Assembly: GCA_964016885.1 (NCBI GenBank) | Contig: OZ024741.1 | Coordinates: 340,876,001 to 340,940,000, forward strand | Reading direction: 5' to 3' | Source of the DNA: Eledone cirrhosa | Lineage: Eukaryota | DNA length: 64,000 bases | Part shown: piece by piece, positions 1-17,532 of the stretch | Layout: every line of letters begins with the position of its first letter | How positions within the stretch are numbered: the first letter of the stretch is position 1 | Program-made: the position numbers and the translations under genes | Notes under the pieces: generated by a model | Databases searched by the model: none | Told to the model about the DNA's origin: nothing | What the model saw: the letters and a program-made list of their open reading frames with translations, nothing else

Positions 1-155
1 CGTGTGTGCGTGTATCTGTGGCGTTCGATACTTCAATTGTGATGACTGGGCTTTATTTTCCACGTCTCACCCACAGTTATCACGCTATTCAGAAATCCAG
101 GATTGTTGCTCCAGATGTTCCGTCATCGCGGGCGAAATGTAAACATATATACAGC

Positions 156-156
156 A

Positions 157-221
<65 letters not shown>
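156..221. repeat. (CA)n microsatellite
   Basis: Pure CA run. Confidence 0.95.
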
Positions 222-224
<3 letters not shown>

Positions 225-500
225 GTTGCCTGACAGTGACTGACGCATTCAGAAAGCTTGCCAAATACCACACGTGCACAGGAATGTATGCGGCTCCACC
301 CAGCACGCATTTGTCTCTCTGATACCATAACTTTCCATGGCAAACCAAAAATAAAGGCGGATACTTTTCTGATAAACCTCGTATAACTAACTATAGAGTA
401 AACAACAAGGCTGGGGATAAGGAGGAGTTAGTTGTTCGTAGAAAACAGTTATATATTATTTCACAAAATAGAAGTAATTAGTGCACTTATTATTAATTAG

Positions 501-724
501 AAGCGGTGGATTGACAGTATCGGTAGAGCATCGGACAACATGCTTTGTAGCATAGAGTTACGGCTCTTTACAATCTGAGTTCAAGTTCTGCCGGAGTTAA
601 CTTTGCCTTTCATCCTTACGGGGTCGATAAAATAAAGTACCGGCAATGCACTGGGGTCGATTTAATCGACTTTCCCTGACCCCAAAATTGTTGGACTTGT
701 GCCTCAATCAGAAACCCTTATTAA
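501..724 (+). mobile_element. tRNA-derived SINE (dominant family in the window)
   Basis: Head GCGGTGGATTGACAGTATCGGTAGAGC (A-box-like), GAGTTCAA (B-box-like), core CATCCTTACGGGGTCGATAAAATAAAGTACC, ATT-rich end; ttattaattagaa on both flanks resembles a target-site duplication (TSD). Confidence 0.85.
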
Positions 725-3409
725 TTAGAAACATGGAGTAACTAATGCCAGGTAATTCAGAAGTTAATGATGGCTAAAATCTATGCGATCTTATTGCTCC
801 AAAACTGATACTACAAGGTAGTCTAACAATTTCACCAATCCCTCCCTCTGAACTTGTTCTTTAATTATTGACCTCGAAAGATTGGAAGGCAACGTGGACT
901 TTGGAAGGATTTGAACTCAGGATGCAGGGAACATGGGGCTTGTATGAGGTAGGGCTCGGCAGAAGTGCTACTAAGTAGAAGTGTAAGGTATCGGACTAAA
1001 AAAACTGGTAGAGACCCTTTAAGTAAGAGACCAGAAGGACTTACTGCAACTTGAGAGGCAGGTGAGCTTGTAGAATGAGTGATGTTTGACATCATTTGTC
1101 ATAATGATTGTCAGATGTTGTAATGTTGATGGTTGTAGTTATTATGCAGGCATTGTTGTGGTGGTGGAATAAGGAAATGTTAGTGGTTGTCATGCAGGTA
1201 TTGTGATGGTAATATGGTGGGGGAAGTGGGTGGTTATCATATGGTATTGTGGTGGTAGTGGTCGTGGGGGGAAAGTTAGTGGTTATCATACAGGTATTGT
1301 AGTGGTGGTGGGGCCTACTAGATGAATGACTCTCCATACGAAAGTATAAATCAGTGTCACCATTTAAAAATCAATATGTAATATACTATCGAATTCACAA
1401 GGTACAAATACAGATTTGGTTTAAACTGTTGAAGTCATGCTGTACACCCTCGATGTTATTAATTCTAAATGTTTCCTACTATGGTCTTTGCTGACATTTT
1501 TATTGTATTTTTAAAGTATATCAAACTTCAAAATGTAAAATCTTAAGGAACTGTTTCCATCATGTAAACTCATAAAATACACCTGAATTTTTCTAAGAAT
1601 ACAAAACAATTGTATTTTGTAATTTACCTACAAAACTTATTTTTATTCACCCTACTGTAAATAAAAGCTGTAAATGCAAAACAATGACAGTAAAACGTCA
1701 ATGATGAAAATGGCAACGGTGAATAGTACCCAACCCCTCACCATGTGTTGTAGACATTGTATTTTGCTTGTACTGCTGTAGAACTACTAGGAGAAAATCA
1801 CCTGAGAGGTTTAGGGGCGTATCATTTTTGGCTGTGTGAGGAAGGTGAAAGGTGGATGCGATCAACCATTTGTTTCGTTACTTCAAATGGAGTTGAAGTA
1901 AAGAACATTTGCTGCCAGGGATAGTCGGCATAAAACTCACAGGAATTCGACTAATGCCGACCACTTTACAGTGTGTACTGGATGCATGTTATCGAGTCAC
2001 CAGCACTAATGAGGTTGCAATGTCCTTGATGTTAAGGAAGAACCCTCTTTATCATTATTTAGCATGGATTCACAGCTTGATGCCCTTCCTAACAATATCA
2101 ATCATTTTACAGATTGTACTAGGTGCATTTTATCGTGACATCAACACTAGGATGATTGTCATGTCTTTTACCTGACTGAAGAGTCCTCTCTACCCTGATC
2201 AAATATCAGATATACATAAATGGACTATTTTTCATTTTCCACCAAAACCTTTGTATGTTTATAAGCTCCCTGGTTACTCATTCCTTCGTAAATCAGCACG
2301 CTTCCCCGAAATTGTGTCTATACATGTTCATCACAGAGGCTATTTATAAACAAACTGTATATTTATAGAAAACAAAAACAAAAAAAAAACAAACAATATT
2401 ATTGTGTGCTGCATTGTTCTGTCTTCGGACGATAATATGGATATAGAGAGGTTGAAGGCTGATTCAATACTAAGTTTGTGAGAAGGAAACTGGGGATATT
2501 TTGAGTTTCAGTGAAGTTGTTAGAGATATCAGTATATGTAGATACTAATTGGTGTTGACACTTCAGAATGAATGACAAACATTTCGACTTCGATGCTAGG
2601 AACGCTGGAATATGAGAACCAGGAGGAATATTTTTTGGTGTTTTTAAACATTAAAATCACTGAGGATGATCATTTCACGAAGAGTTGGTACAGGAAAGGA
2701 AGTTAATTTAGGTACTAGCAAAGGGTATTGCCAGATAGGTAAGGGGAGTTGCCAAATAGCTAATGGGGTAGAATTTGTTCAGTGGATCGGGGTCAAAAAG
2801 AGGGAAGGGATAGAGACAGCAGGTGAATTTAGAGAAATGGGAGAGAAGAGACTTCGAGTCAGAGTAATTGGAAACCTTTGTTGGGAAATTCTAGGTGTGA
2901 GAAGGTAATAAGTAGAGGAGAGAATTGTTTCTATGTAAATACAGAAACATCTCGGCGTGGAGTTGGAATATAGAGTTATAGATTTGTCAGAATCGTCAGG
3001 ATGTCAGATAGATTACTTTGAAGTATTCGTTCAGACACACTGCGCTCTCTCAGTTCAAATCCCGAGGTCAACTTTGCCTTTCATCCTTTCGTGGGCGATG
3101 GATATGGTACAAGTCCAGTACAGGATCGGTTATTCCCCCCCCCCTCTCTCTCTCAAATTAGCTGTGTTCAGACCTGGAGAAGAGACTGGATCCGCCAGAT
3201 CTAAAGTGCCCAAGACACACCATATGTCACAGCAACGCTCTTAGTTCCAGATCCATTCATCCATACAAACATGAGGAGATATTTATGTTGTGTAATGTGC
3301 GTGTTATTGTCTCCCCATATCAAGCAGCCCCATGACCAAAGTAAATCCAGACTTGGCTATAATGTTCTTTTTAATATCATATTTCTTATTGTTTTTAATA
3401 GAGTCATGA

Positions 3410-3620
3410 CTGGGGGTGGTAGATTGGCAGAATTGGTACAGAGAGGGATAAAATGCCATTGCAGTATTTGTTCTAGCTTCAAATCCACCAAGGTTAATTT
3501 TGTAGTTATTTTTTTATGGGGTCGATAAAATAAAGTACCAGCCAAGTACTGGGATTGATTTAATCAACTTTTCCTGTTCCCTAAATATGCTGTCCTTGTC
3601 CCTAAATTAGAAATCAATAT
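3410..3620 (+). mobile_element. Diverged copy of the same SINE
   Basis: GGTGGTAGATTGGCAGAATTGGTA head and GGGGTCGATAAAATAAAGTACCAG core; partial copies also at about 3040-3165 and 6240-6370. Confidence 0.75.
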
Positions 3621-4144
3621 GATAATGACTAGGGCGCCTTTGATCAATAAAAAAATATCTTGCGTTGATCCAGTTCACTAAGTAAACATGCTTTTCCAGT
3701 AGTGTGTGGTGGTTGATCCGAGTTCCTTACAACAGAGTAACGTCTTCCGAAGATCCCAAACAGATAGATGGCGTTGTAAAAGAAGTGGGGAGGGAGTAGA
3801 GAGCATAGAAGAGAAGAAAATAGTAAAAGAATAAAGCAAAGTAAGATAAAAATAAATTAAAACAAACTGAAAGAGAATTGTTGTTGGTGGTGTTTAACCA
3901 CAGGTCGGCAGAGAGCCATCACAACCACAACCACCACCTCCACCATCATCATCACTATTGTCATTGTTTTGCAAGTTTGTTTCTTAAATCTCATTGTATT
4001 TTTAGAATTTATCCTTGAAGTAAGAATGTGTGGGAAATGATGAAAAGAGGTGTGTGTGTGAGAGAGAGTGTGTGTGAATATGTGTTTATACCATGTATAT
4101 GTATGTATGTTATGTATGTGTACATATATATTTATATATATATA

Positions 4145-4344
4145 TATTTAATAGAGAAATGGCTTCTAGAGGACTAGAACTGTTTCATTAGAAGGAAATC
4201 ATCAGGAAAGCCCAGGGTTTTCCTGATGATTTCCTTCGAATGAAACAGTTCTAGTCCTGTAGTCATTTCTATATTAAATATTTATACTCTTCTATGTATT
4301 GAGTACCTTACTTACTGCAATTACCCCCCCCCCCCATTGAAGCC

Positions 4345-4345
<1 letters not shown>
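4145..4345. mobile_element. Head-to-head hairpin insertion with HHR motif and tail, in microsatellite
   Basis: Arms 4145-4213 and 4215-4281; CTGATGA...GAAACAG in both arms; about 60-nt tail on the right arm only. Confidence 0.7.
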
Positions 4346-4427
<82 letters not shown>

Positions 4428-5339
4428 TTGTGTGTGAGTGTGTATATATATGTTTCCTTAACCGACAACATCAAGGACGAACTTTATATATATATATACA
4501 CACACATTCAGAGAGAGGGAATAAGAATGGACCTTCGTCTGTTTAGATGACGAATGTATCACCTTTCCAATCTGTCACCCAGTGTGTGACAAAACTGGCT
4601 CTTTGAATTACAGGTATAACTCTTTCTTTGCCAGGCCAGTGAATTGGAACAATCTTGCTTAAAGAGACAACATGGCGCCGTGAATCAAACTCACGACCAT
4701 ACGATCGCTAGCCGAACACCCAAAACACGCCACAACGTACTTTCACAAGAACATCCTCAATATATATTTCACCTTGTCACTGCCCTCTGCTACTGCTTAT
4801 CTCTAACCTGGATTTTAACACACCTTAATATGCACCATAAAAGTTGTTGAACTGCTTTATAGTTTGTCAACAAAAAAAAAAACTTAGTATATCTGTCTGC
4901 GTATTGTTTACTACTAGGAGTGGCCGTTCAAATCTGCATATTTATTAACCGTGAAGGCACGTGGCTTAATGGTTAGGGTGTCCCGTTCACTATCGTGGGT
5001 CGTCAATACGTTTGTCCCTAAGCAAGATTCTTAATTTGCATTTCTAAATTCAAATGACCACGCTCCTTGTCACACATTGTGTCACGCTACACGTGTCTGT
5101 GAAATGCTCAGTCATTTACAATGTTATATTAGATGGACTATCTCTGTAATCCAAACAGCCAGCCAGCCACCGTGTCACATTGATTCTCCTAGAGAACTAT
5201 GTTAAAGGTATACATGTCCGAGGAATACTCAGCCACTTTCAAATTAATTTCATGAACAGGCAGTTTTTCTTGGACAACATCGATGGCGAGTAGAAGAGAG
5301 CCATATACACAAGGTCAACTGTTGATCTTTCACAGAAAA

Positions 5340-5412
5340 CATTGCCTGGGCATGTTCCTCGAAGTGGAAGTTCTAGGGGCAAAATTCATGGACGTTCACG
5401 ACCGAAGAGAGT

Positions 5413-5468
<56 letters not shown>

Positions 5469-5542
5469 ACTCCTTTCGGTCGTGAACGTCCATGAATTTT
5501 TGGCCCTAGAAGTTCCACTTCGAGGAACATGCCCAGGCAATG
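5340..5542. repeat. Two 76-bp copies of one element end, tail-to-tail across a (TA)n tract
   Basis: 5340-5415 is the imperfect reverse complement of 5467-5542; TA run 5416-5466 lies between them. Confidence 0.8.
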
Positions 5543-5544
5543 CA

Positions 5545-5814
5545 GGTTGGAGCACTCGATGAAGTACGCAGATTGGTTTGTTTACTCCGTAGTAATGTAA
5601 AATAGTCAAACATGTTAAATTTGGCTTCGTTTATTATAAATTCTCTGGTATGTATATATTTCAGTGACAGCTATTATTGGCTGTGACCTCATCAGGCAGT
5701 ACGAATTAATGTAGAAAAAACAGGTAAACATGGGGTTGAAATGTGTTCCACTCAGTCAATTCATCGATATGTCCAGCTCCTGGGTGTGTTGTTAGTCATC
5801 TGAGGAACTGGAAA

Positions 5815-5816
<2 letters not shown>
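5545..5816 (-). mobile_element. Old PLE-type end with degenerate HHR, related to the 30.2-30.5 kb element
   Basis: Minus strand CTGATGA-GGTCACAGC..GCTGTCACT-GAAA at about 5650-5695; shares AGCACTCGATG, GATTGGTT and CGTTTATT blocks with 30200-30310. Confidence 0.5.
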
Positions 5817-5874
<58 letters not shown>

Positions 5875-6744
5875 GTATGACGTTCTCGTCTTTTCATAAT
5901 TAACTTTACAGTTCACGTTTTATTTCGTCACCCCCCCCCCCCCTTTCCCCACTCACTCTTCAGTTGTCATTTATACCAGCTAGGATGTTGTTATGCGCAC
6001 ATCGCACCCTAAGGAGAAATTTGAGGATGGCCAAACCATTTATCGTACATCAGAATTTATTTAATTAAAAAAGACAATATGACAAATGAAATTGAGTCTG
6101 TCGATGTTGTTAATATGGTGGTAGGATGGTGAGGCAGTGATATGATGGTGATCGTGGTGTTAACGGATTGGTAGTGGGTGGTGGTGTCTTATGTTTTCTT
6201 TTTAGTATTATTTGCTAGGTTTCTTTTATCTACGATGAAGGTGAGGCAAGATTTGCCTTTTATACTTACGGGGTCGATAAAATAAGTACCAGTAACGCAC
6301 TGGGGTCGATTTAATCGACTTTCCCCTCCCCCAAAATTGCTGGCCTTGTGCCTATATAAGAAATTATTATTTGTTGGTCTGCGAGAAGGGTTTGCGTGTA
6401 CGACTTTTGTACGTGTTCTGAAATTAATGAGATTGGAGCTGTTAATGTTTAGTTAAACTTTTACATGAAAGACATCTTCTGCGAAAGAATTCATGGAGGA
6501 TGACATTCCGGGAGGAAGGACTGTGTATAGTGGCTATTGCTGGGCCTGGGGAGTTGGGGACAATATGTATGATGAGAGAAGCAGAGACAAGTGTGGTAGG
6601 AATGCTTGAATTTGACATGGTGTCAGACAGCTCTGAAGAATAGACGCCATTACAGTAGCCGTAGAAATGTGAGCCTGAGACTGTAGCGTGTCTGCCAGGG
6701 CTTTCTAATTGTGTGCTTTTCATGTTTAAGGGTGATGAGCGACT

Positions 6745-7400
6745 GGAGTGCGGTCATATAGAGCAAGAGAAGTCGACCCAATACAGTGCCTTGTAGGATA
6801 CCACTACTGACTTTAACTGGGCTTGATGCATTCCTTTTGTTTATCAGGAAAAAACTTGATCTATTGCAGTAACTTTCCAGAGATGCCAATGTTGAGTAAG
6901 TTTTTCAGTAGAATGTTGTGATCAACCCTGTCAAAGGCCTTGCTGAAATCAAGGTATATGACATCAATGTTTAAGCCCTCTCAAAGAGCTCTTAAAATGT
7001 CATCAAAGTGATGCAGGAGCTGCGTTAGGCAGTCCCTTCCATTACGGAGGAACCCACGTTGGTTGGAGTTCAGCAAATTGTTGCTTTCAAGAAAATGAGT
7101 TATTCGTGATCTCACCACCCTCTCAAATTCCATAATGATATGAAAGGTGAGTGAGATAGGATGGTAGTACACTGCAAGAGACTTGTTTTCCTTTTTGAGA
7201 ACTGGGACAACAGACTGGGACAAAAAGTGTTCAGGTATATAGCCAGTGTCCAGTGAGATCCTCCACAGATTATGTCAAAATTGCTGAAAACAGAGCAGTA
7301 CTGTTTTTGCAGTCTCTCACTCATTGCTTTAGCATTGTCTTGGAGAGTGCCATGTTCATCAATCAGAAGGCCAACAGTGGAGACAGTGATCTAGTGTTTT
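6745..7400 (-). pseudogene. Degraded CR1/L2-type LINE reverse transcriptase fragment
   Basis: VVPVLKK..YHPISLT, NQRGF, YLDFSKAFDRVDH and SGILQGTVLG motifs across frameshifts. Confidence 0.8.
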
Positions 7401-7430
7401 ATTCACAAATGAAATATTTGTATGTAAATG

Positions 7431-7482
<52 letters not shown>

Positions 7483-7529
7483 CATGTATTTGTGTATGTA
7501 TGCATGTATTTGTGTATGTATGTATGTAC

Positions 7530-8850
7530 GTTCTTCTGGTTTTATAATTTCACAAATGTTTTCCCAATAGAGAGAGAGTCGGTTTCTAACATAGACAGAA
7601 GACTCTCTCATTGGAATTTACACAACATCAACTAGATAGATTATGTATGCATACATGCTTGTGTAGATGTGGATGTTATTGTATGTGTGGATGTGTATGT
7701 TTCGAGTTCTGTGTGCATGTGTATATGCTTTGTATCTGTACATGTGTATATGCTGTTTTTAGATGCAACAATTTTGGAATGTTTTACATATTTTTACTGT
7801 TCCATTAATGGATTATACTTGTAATTTCCTAACTATTTGTGTTCTTTCTGTTCCTGTGAAGCCTAGCTTCTCAAGATTTGTATTGAGGCAGTTATTAATA
7901 TACCCCAGTGCCCCAATAATCACAGGCATAAATCTGAAGGTGTAATCAGGGTGGAGTATCTGCAGATTTCTCATCAGTTCTGCATAAATATTCTCCTTTT
8001 CACTAATCTTTGATATTATATTGGCATCTGCTGGGCAGCTAATTTCCACTACTGTGCATGCTTTCTGCTCTCTGTCCCATATCATAATGTTGTGTAATAT
8101 CTGGTTTGTTATCCCTGCATTTTATTGGGGTTTTTACTGGAACATTCCACCAGTACTCTTTCATATTATGTACATGGATGTCTTCCACATTGCTGTAACT
8201 TTTAATGTGTTTATTGTCGGGGCTATCTTTTCTACGGATTGCATTGTACAGTGTTTTGGTCACTACATCATGCCTCATAGGTAGATAGTAACGCCATGAC
8301 ATCTTTGAACAGCTGCTGATGACATGGGTGATATGTTTGATGTTAGTTCTGCAGAGTCTGCACTTGTTATCACATCTAGGTGTTTTGCCTGCATCCCTAT
8401 CTCTTTTGTGAATCAGGTATTTCGTGTTAATTTCCTATTCTTGGATTGCAAAAGCGTATCCTTCAAAGGTGGAGCTAATATAGCGGCTGCTGGTCCAATA
8501 TAGGCTACTTTCCTTATCTATATTACTCTCACTCTGGAGCTTCCTGGTAACATATCCATGCATGATTTTTTGCTGATAAGCATGCAGTTTTTCATCCATG
8601 GATTCACTGGGATACTGCTGAGCAACTTCCCTGGGTGTGAGTTTTTGATTATCACACAGGGAATATCTCTCGAGGAGATCCTTCCCAACTTTCATGATCT
8701 TATCTGTTTCATGCAGATAGACTTGCTCGAGAGACGGGCTCCTACGCTCCGAGGTTCGTAGATGTTGTCGGAGGGATATGATGCGACATTCAAATGCTGT
8801 CTGGACTGATGTTAGGCCTCTGCCTCCCTGCTTACGTTTCAAGTGTGTAT
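7530..8850 (-). mobile_element. 5'-truncated R4/Dong-like LINE with restriction-like endonuclease, inserted in (TATG)n
   Basis: KQGGRGL, FAIQE, CRLC..H zinc knuckle, RHD, KPDI, VEISCP and PVIIGALG motifs; both ends abut TATG repeats; same 3' end at 41726. Confidence 0.85.
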
Positions 8851-10057
8851 GCATGTGTGCATGTATGTATGTATATATGTATGCATAATCAACTTAAACA
8901 ATGTGAAGTTTTGTATGAAAATTAAATTTCGTCGATATACCTGCTTTTGAATAGAAAGACAACAAAAATCGGAAAATAGAACGCCAACTGACGCTCAAAT
9001 CGTTTATCGTTGTCGATTGAATTAGTTTGTTTACACGTGCTCTTTCCTATTATATATACACACACTTTCTTATTACATACACTCTCTTTCATATTATGTA
9101 TATTCATTTTTTCCTGTTATATATGCACACATTTTTCCTATTATATACATTGTTTCCTATTACTTATTCACTCATTCCAATTATTTACACCCTCTGTCCT
9201 ATTATATACCCCCTCAGTCCTATTATATACACCCTCTGTCCTATTGTATACATACTTAAAAATGTATATAGTTTAATAAATTAACTCTTCTCGTCATAAT
9301 CCTTCGTATTTAAAAGTGTGAATGGTTACTTAGCCTAAATAGAACTGCCACTTTCCCTGTTGTCTTTTCTACTCTCAGCTGTTTTCCTTTTTCTTCTCTT
9401 TCCCAAACTTACTCTTTTCTTTCTTTCTATCTTTTGATGAAGGACTGGTGTCCGAAACATTAAGACTATTTTCTAACTTTATCAAATGTTAAACCAATAT
9501 ACCATTATTGCAATTCTTTTGTGTTGACTTCTCTTACACACACACACATTTATATATATATATTTATATTTATATACGCATACACACACATACGCACACA
9601 CACACACATACAAGCACACAAACACAAACACACACACACACACACATATATATATATTTGTGTGTGTGTATGTCCGTCTGTGTGTTCAACAGCAGATTTA
9701 GTGTGTTGTGGGACGGCATAAGATAAGGTACCAAACGGAGTGGGGTGTTTATTATTATTATTTGGTGTGTGGGAGCGCTAGTTGAATGTTGGGTAACTAT
9801 GAAGCGGGTATGCAAACTATGGACATTGTCTCAGTTTGTGGTGTATATAAAAGCCACCCTTATCAACCACCCACCCCTTTCAATTGAGTGCACAGAGAAA
9901 TAATAGCTGCCATTGTTTTACTTTAACAAGAAAATATTCTTTGAATTCGCCTGGGATTTGTTCTCTAATTTGTTCTTTTTTCAAATATTTTGTTGCATTT
10001 TTGGTTCTTTTTGTTTGTTTGTTTGTTATATTTGTATGTCTTTTAGGCTAGATATCT

Positions 10058-10792
10058 ATATTACTCATATTATAGTACTCATATTATAGTATTACTCACA
10101 ACTATAGTACTACGACCCAACCATATTACTCATATTACGATACAACTATAGTACTACGACCCAACCATATTACACATATTATGACACAACTATATTACTA
10201 CGACACAACCATATTACTCATATTACGATACAACTATAGTACTACGACCCAACCATATTACACATATTATGACACAACTATATTACTACGACACAACCAT
10301 ATTACTCATATTACGATACAACTATAGTACTACGACCCAACCATATTACACATATTATGACACAACTATATTACTACGACACAACCATATTACTCATATT
10401 ACGATACAACTATAGTACTACGACCCAACCATATTACAAATATTATGACACAACTATATTACTACGACACAACCATATTACTCATATTACGATACAACTA
10501 TATTACTACGACACAACCATATTACACATATTATGACACAACTATATTACTACGACACAACCATATTACACATATTATGACACAACTATATTACTACGAC
10601 ACAACCATATTACACATATTATGACACAACTATATTACTACGACACAACCATATTACTCATATTACGACACAACTATATTACTACGACCCAACTATATTA
10701 CACATATTATGAGACAACTATATTACTACGATACAACCATATTACTCATATTACGACACAACTATATTACTCATATTACGACGCAACTATAT
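10058..10792. repeat. 44-bp minisatellite with 88-bp higher-order alternation
   Basis: CATATTACTCATATTACGATACAACTATAGTACTACGACCCAAC alternates with CATATTACACATATTATGACACAACTATATTACTACGACACAAC. Confidence 0.9.
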
Positions 10793-10919
10793 TTCTAAGA
10801 CATTATTGGTTTTTCATTTGGTATATATATAATAATGCAGCTAATTACAACAATAGTTGATAACTATAAATAATAGTTGAATACATCGGGTAAAGTACAC
10901 CTGGAGAATAGAAAATATG

Positions 10920-11010
10920 AATAGAGACGCCTGCGGGATTTCAAACCACGCATCTCTCTTATGTTGGGTGAGCACATTTAACCACCATTACGCCAAAAGG
11001 TCCCATGCTG
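10920..11010 (-). mobile_element. tRNA-like SINE head
   Basis: Minus strand TGGCGTAATGGTGGTTAA (A box) and GGTTTGAAATCCC (B box); too degenerate to be a tRNA. Confidence 0.5.
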
Positions 11011-11017
11011 CCAATTA

Positions 11018-11071
<54 letters not shown>

Positions 11072-11075
<4 letters not shown>

Positions 11076-11229
11076 AGGGATAAACGCTGATACAAGTATA
11101 CATGTGTCCGCATTGCAAATGACCAAGTTAGCTAGATTGAAAAATACTATTTAAATAGTATTTTTCAATCTAGCTAACTTGGTCATTTGCAATGCGGACA
11201 CATGTATACTTGTATCACCGTTTATCCCT

Positions 11230-11233
<4 letters not shown>
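11072..11233. repeat. 162-bp loopless palindrome in (TA)n
   Basis: Axis at TTT|AAA 11152/11153; one mismatch. Confidence 0.95.
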
Positions 11234-11274
<41 letters not shown>

Positions 11275-11516
11275 TCATGATTTTCAGCAAACAGGCGGAG
11301 TACTTAGCTTTGATAAGCGCCAAGAAGTGTAAAACAGAGCGCTGTCAGCTTTATCTCCTCTGTTTGCTGAAAATTAAAGTAAGTGAAACTGTCACTACTC
11401 TAAAACAATAGCGCAAGGTCTTCGAAATTCTTTTAATTAAGCATACAGTGTATTGCAAAATACACTATATATATACATTCATATATATATCGCTATTTCA
11501 GAGCACCAATTCTAAT

Positions 11517-11520
<4 letters not shown>
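11275..11520 (+). mobile_element. PLE-type end with HHR-like variant, ending in (TA)n; relative at 34.8-35.05 kb
   Basis: Stem TTTTCAGCAAACAG/CTGTTTGCTGAAAA encloses AGCT-TTGATAA-GCGC..GTGT-AAAACAG-AGCG-CTGTC-AGCT; 3' end CGCTATTTCAGAGCACCAAT is shared with about 35020. Confidence 0.55.
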
Positions 11521-11564
<44 letters not shown>

Positions 11565-12069
11565 ACACATTGTTACCAAATCAGCTGATAACACGCACCA
11601 TTGAAAAATAAACTAACTTTCCAGTTTATTGATCAAAGACAGTACATCGCCCAGGCACGGGTATATAGCCTGGCTGCTTCACCTTACCTTCCTCATTTTT
11701 CATTATTTAATTCCCTTCTTTTACTTTTATCTCTCTTCCTCTAATTCCATGTTTTAATATAATTTCATCATTGTATATTTCTATTAACCAATAAATATGT
11801 TACTCTATTTATATTAACTGTGCTGTCATGTGGAATATTTCATTGAGAGACAGACCTCGTAAAGTTCACTGATTCTTTGGTTATTAACTCTAGTTTTTAG
11901 AATGTGTTTTTGGTTGTTATAGGAATATATTTGTTGTTATTGGCGATAATGTTGTTGTTGGTGTTGCTGATGTTGTTCATGGTGGTGCTGTTTTGTTGTT
12001 GATGGTAGTGTTGTTCTTGTTGTTGTACGAGCTATTGTTGTTGGTGCTGGGGATACTGGTGTATGCTAA

Positions 12070-16584
<4,515 letters not shown>

Positions 16585-16657
16585 GTATGTATATGTATAT
16601 ATATATATATATGTATATATATGTATATGTATATATATATATATGTATATATATATG

Positions 16658-16726
<69 letters not shown>

Positions 16727-16750
16727 GTATATGTATGTATATATATGTAT

Positions 16751-17086
16751 ATGGCTCTGAACATTAATCAGTATACACTGAGGATGAAAAACTCAGAGCT
16801 GTATGGGAGCCTCCCAAAAGTCAGCTCAAAAGTGACACAGAGGAGACTGAGGTTGGCTGGACATGCTCACCGACATCCAGAGTTGACATTGCACTCCGTG
16901 CTCCTTTGGGAGCCCCTACATGGACACACTGGAAGAGGAAGACCAAGGTTAACATATGTTGATGCCCTAAGGACAGACACTGGTCTGTTGGAGACGCAGG
17001 ACATGGCAGCGATAATGAGGGACAGAGACCGCTGGAGAGAACTCGTCCATGGATCTCGGGAATTTTACCCGCCTTAGATAGATAGA
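16751..17086 (+). mobile_element. RTE-clade LINE 3' fragment in (TA)n
   Basis: Near-identical to 45660-45997 ([22 protein letters not shown]); (TAGA)n tail. Confidence 0.9.
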
Positions 17087-17102
17087 TATATATATATATA
17101 TG

Positions 17103-17223
<121 letters not shown>

Positions 17224-17307
17224 ACAAACACTAGGAAGATCATACTGTCAATAAAGACACACGTAGCAGCTGAGTTTCACTTCGGCTTCATCATTAGTCA
17301 GATAGGA

Positions 17308-17532
17308 GGGTGGTGGAATGGCAGTATCGGTAGATCGTCGCACACCATGCTTTGCGGCATATAGTTACGGCCCTTTATGTTCTGAGTTCAAATCCCGCAG
17401 AGGTTAGTTTTGCATTTTATCCTTACGGAATCGATAAAATAAAATACCAGTAACGCACTGGTGTCTGTTTAGTCGACTTACCCGTTCCCTTCAAATTGCT
17501 GGCCTTGTGCTAAATGTAGAAACAGTTATTAG
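17308..17532 (+). mobile_element. SINE, dominant family
   Basis: A/B boxes and core as at 501. Confidence 0.8.

Noticed and set aside
9428-9470. TTGATGA-A-GGAC-TGGT-GTCC-GAAAC HHR-like motif (similar one on minus strand at 51280-51315)
   Set aside because: Probably decayed HHRs, but core or stem III is broken and no element boundaries could be defined
10058-10792. CRISPR-like periodicity (also 18.4 and 19.2 kb)
   Set aside because: No unique spacers, no cas genes, eukaryotic context
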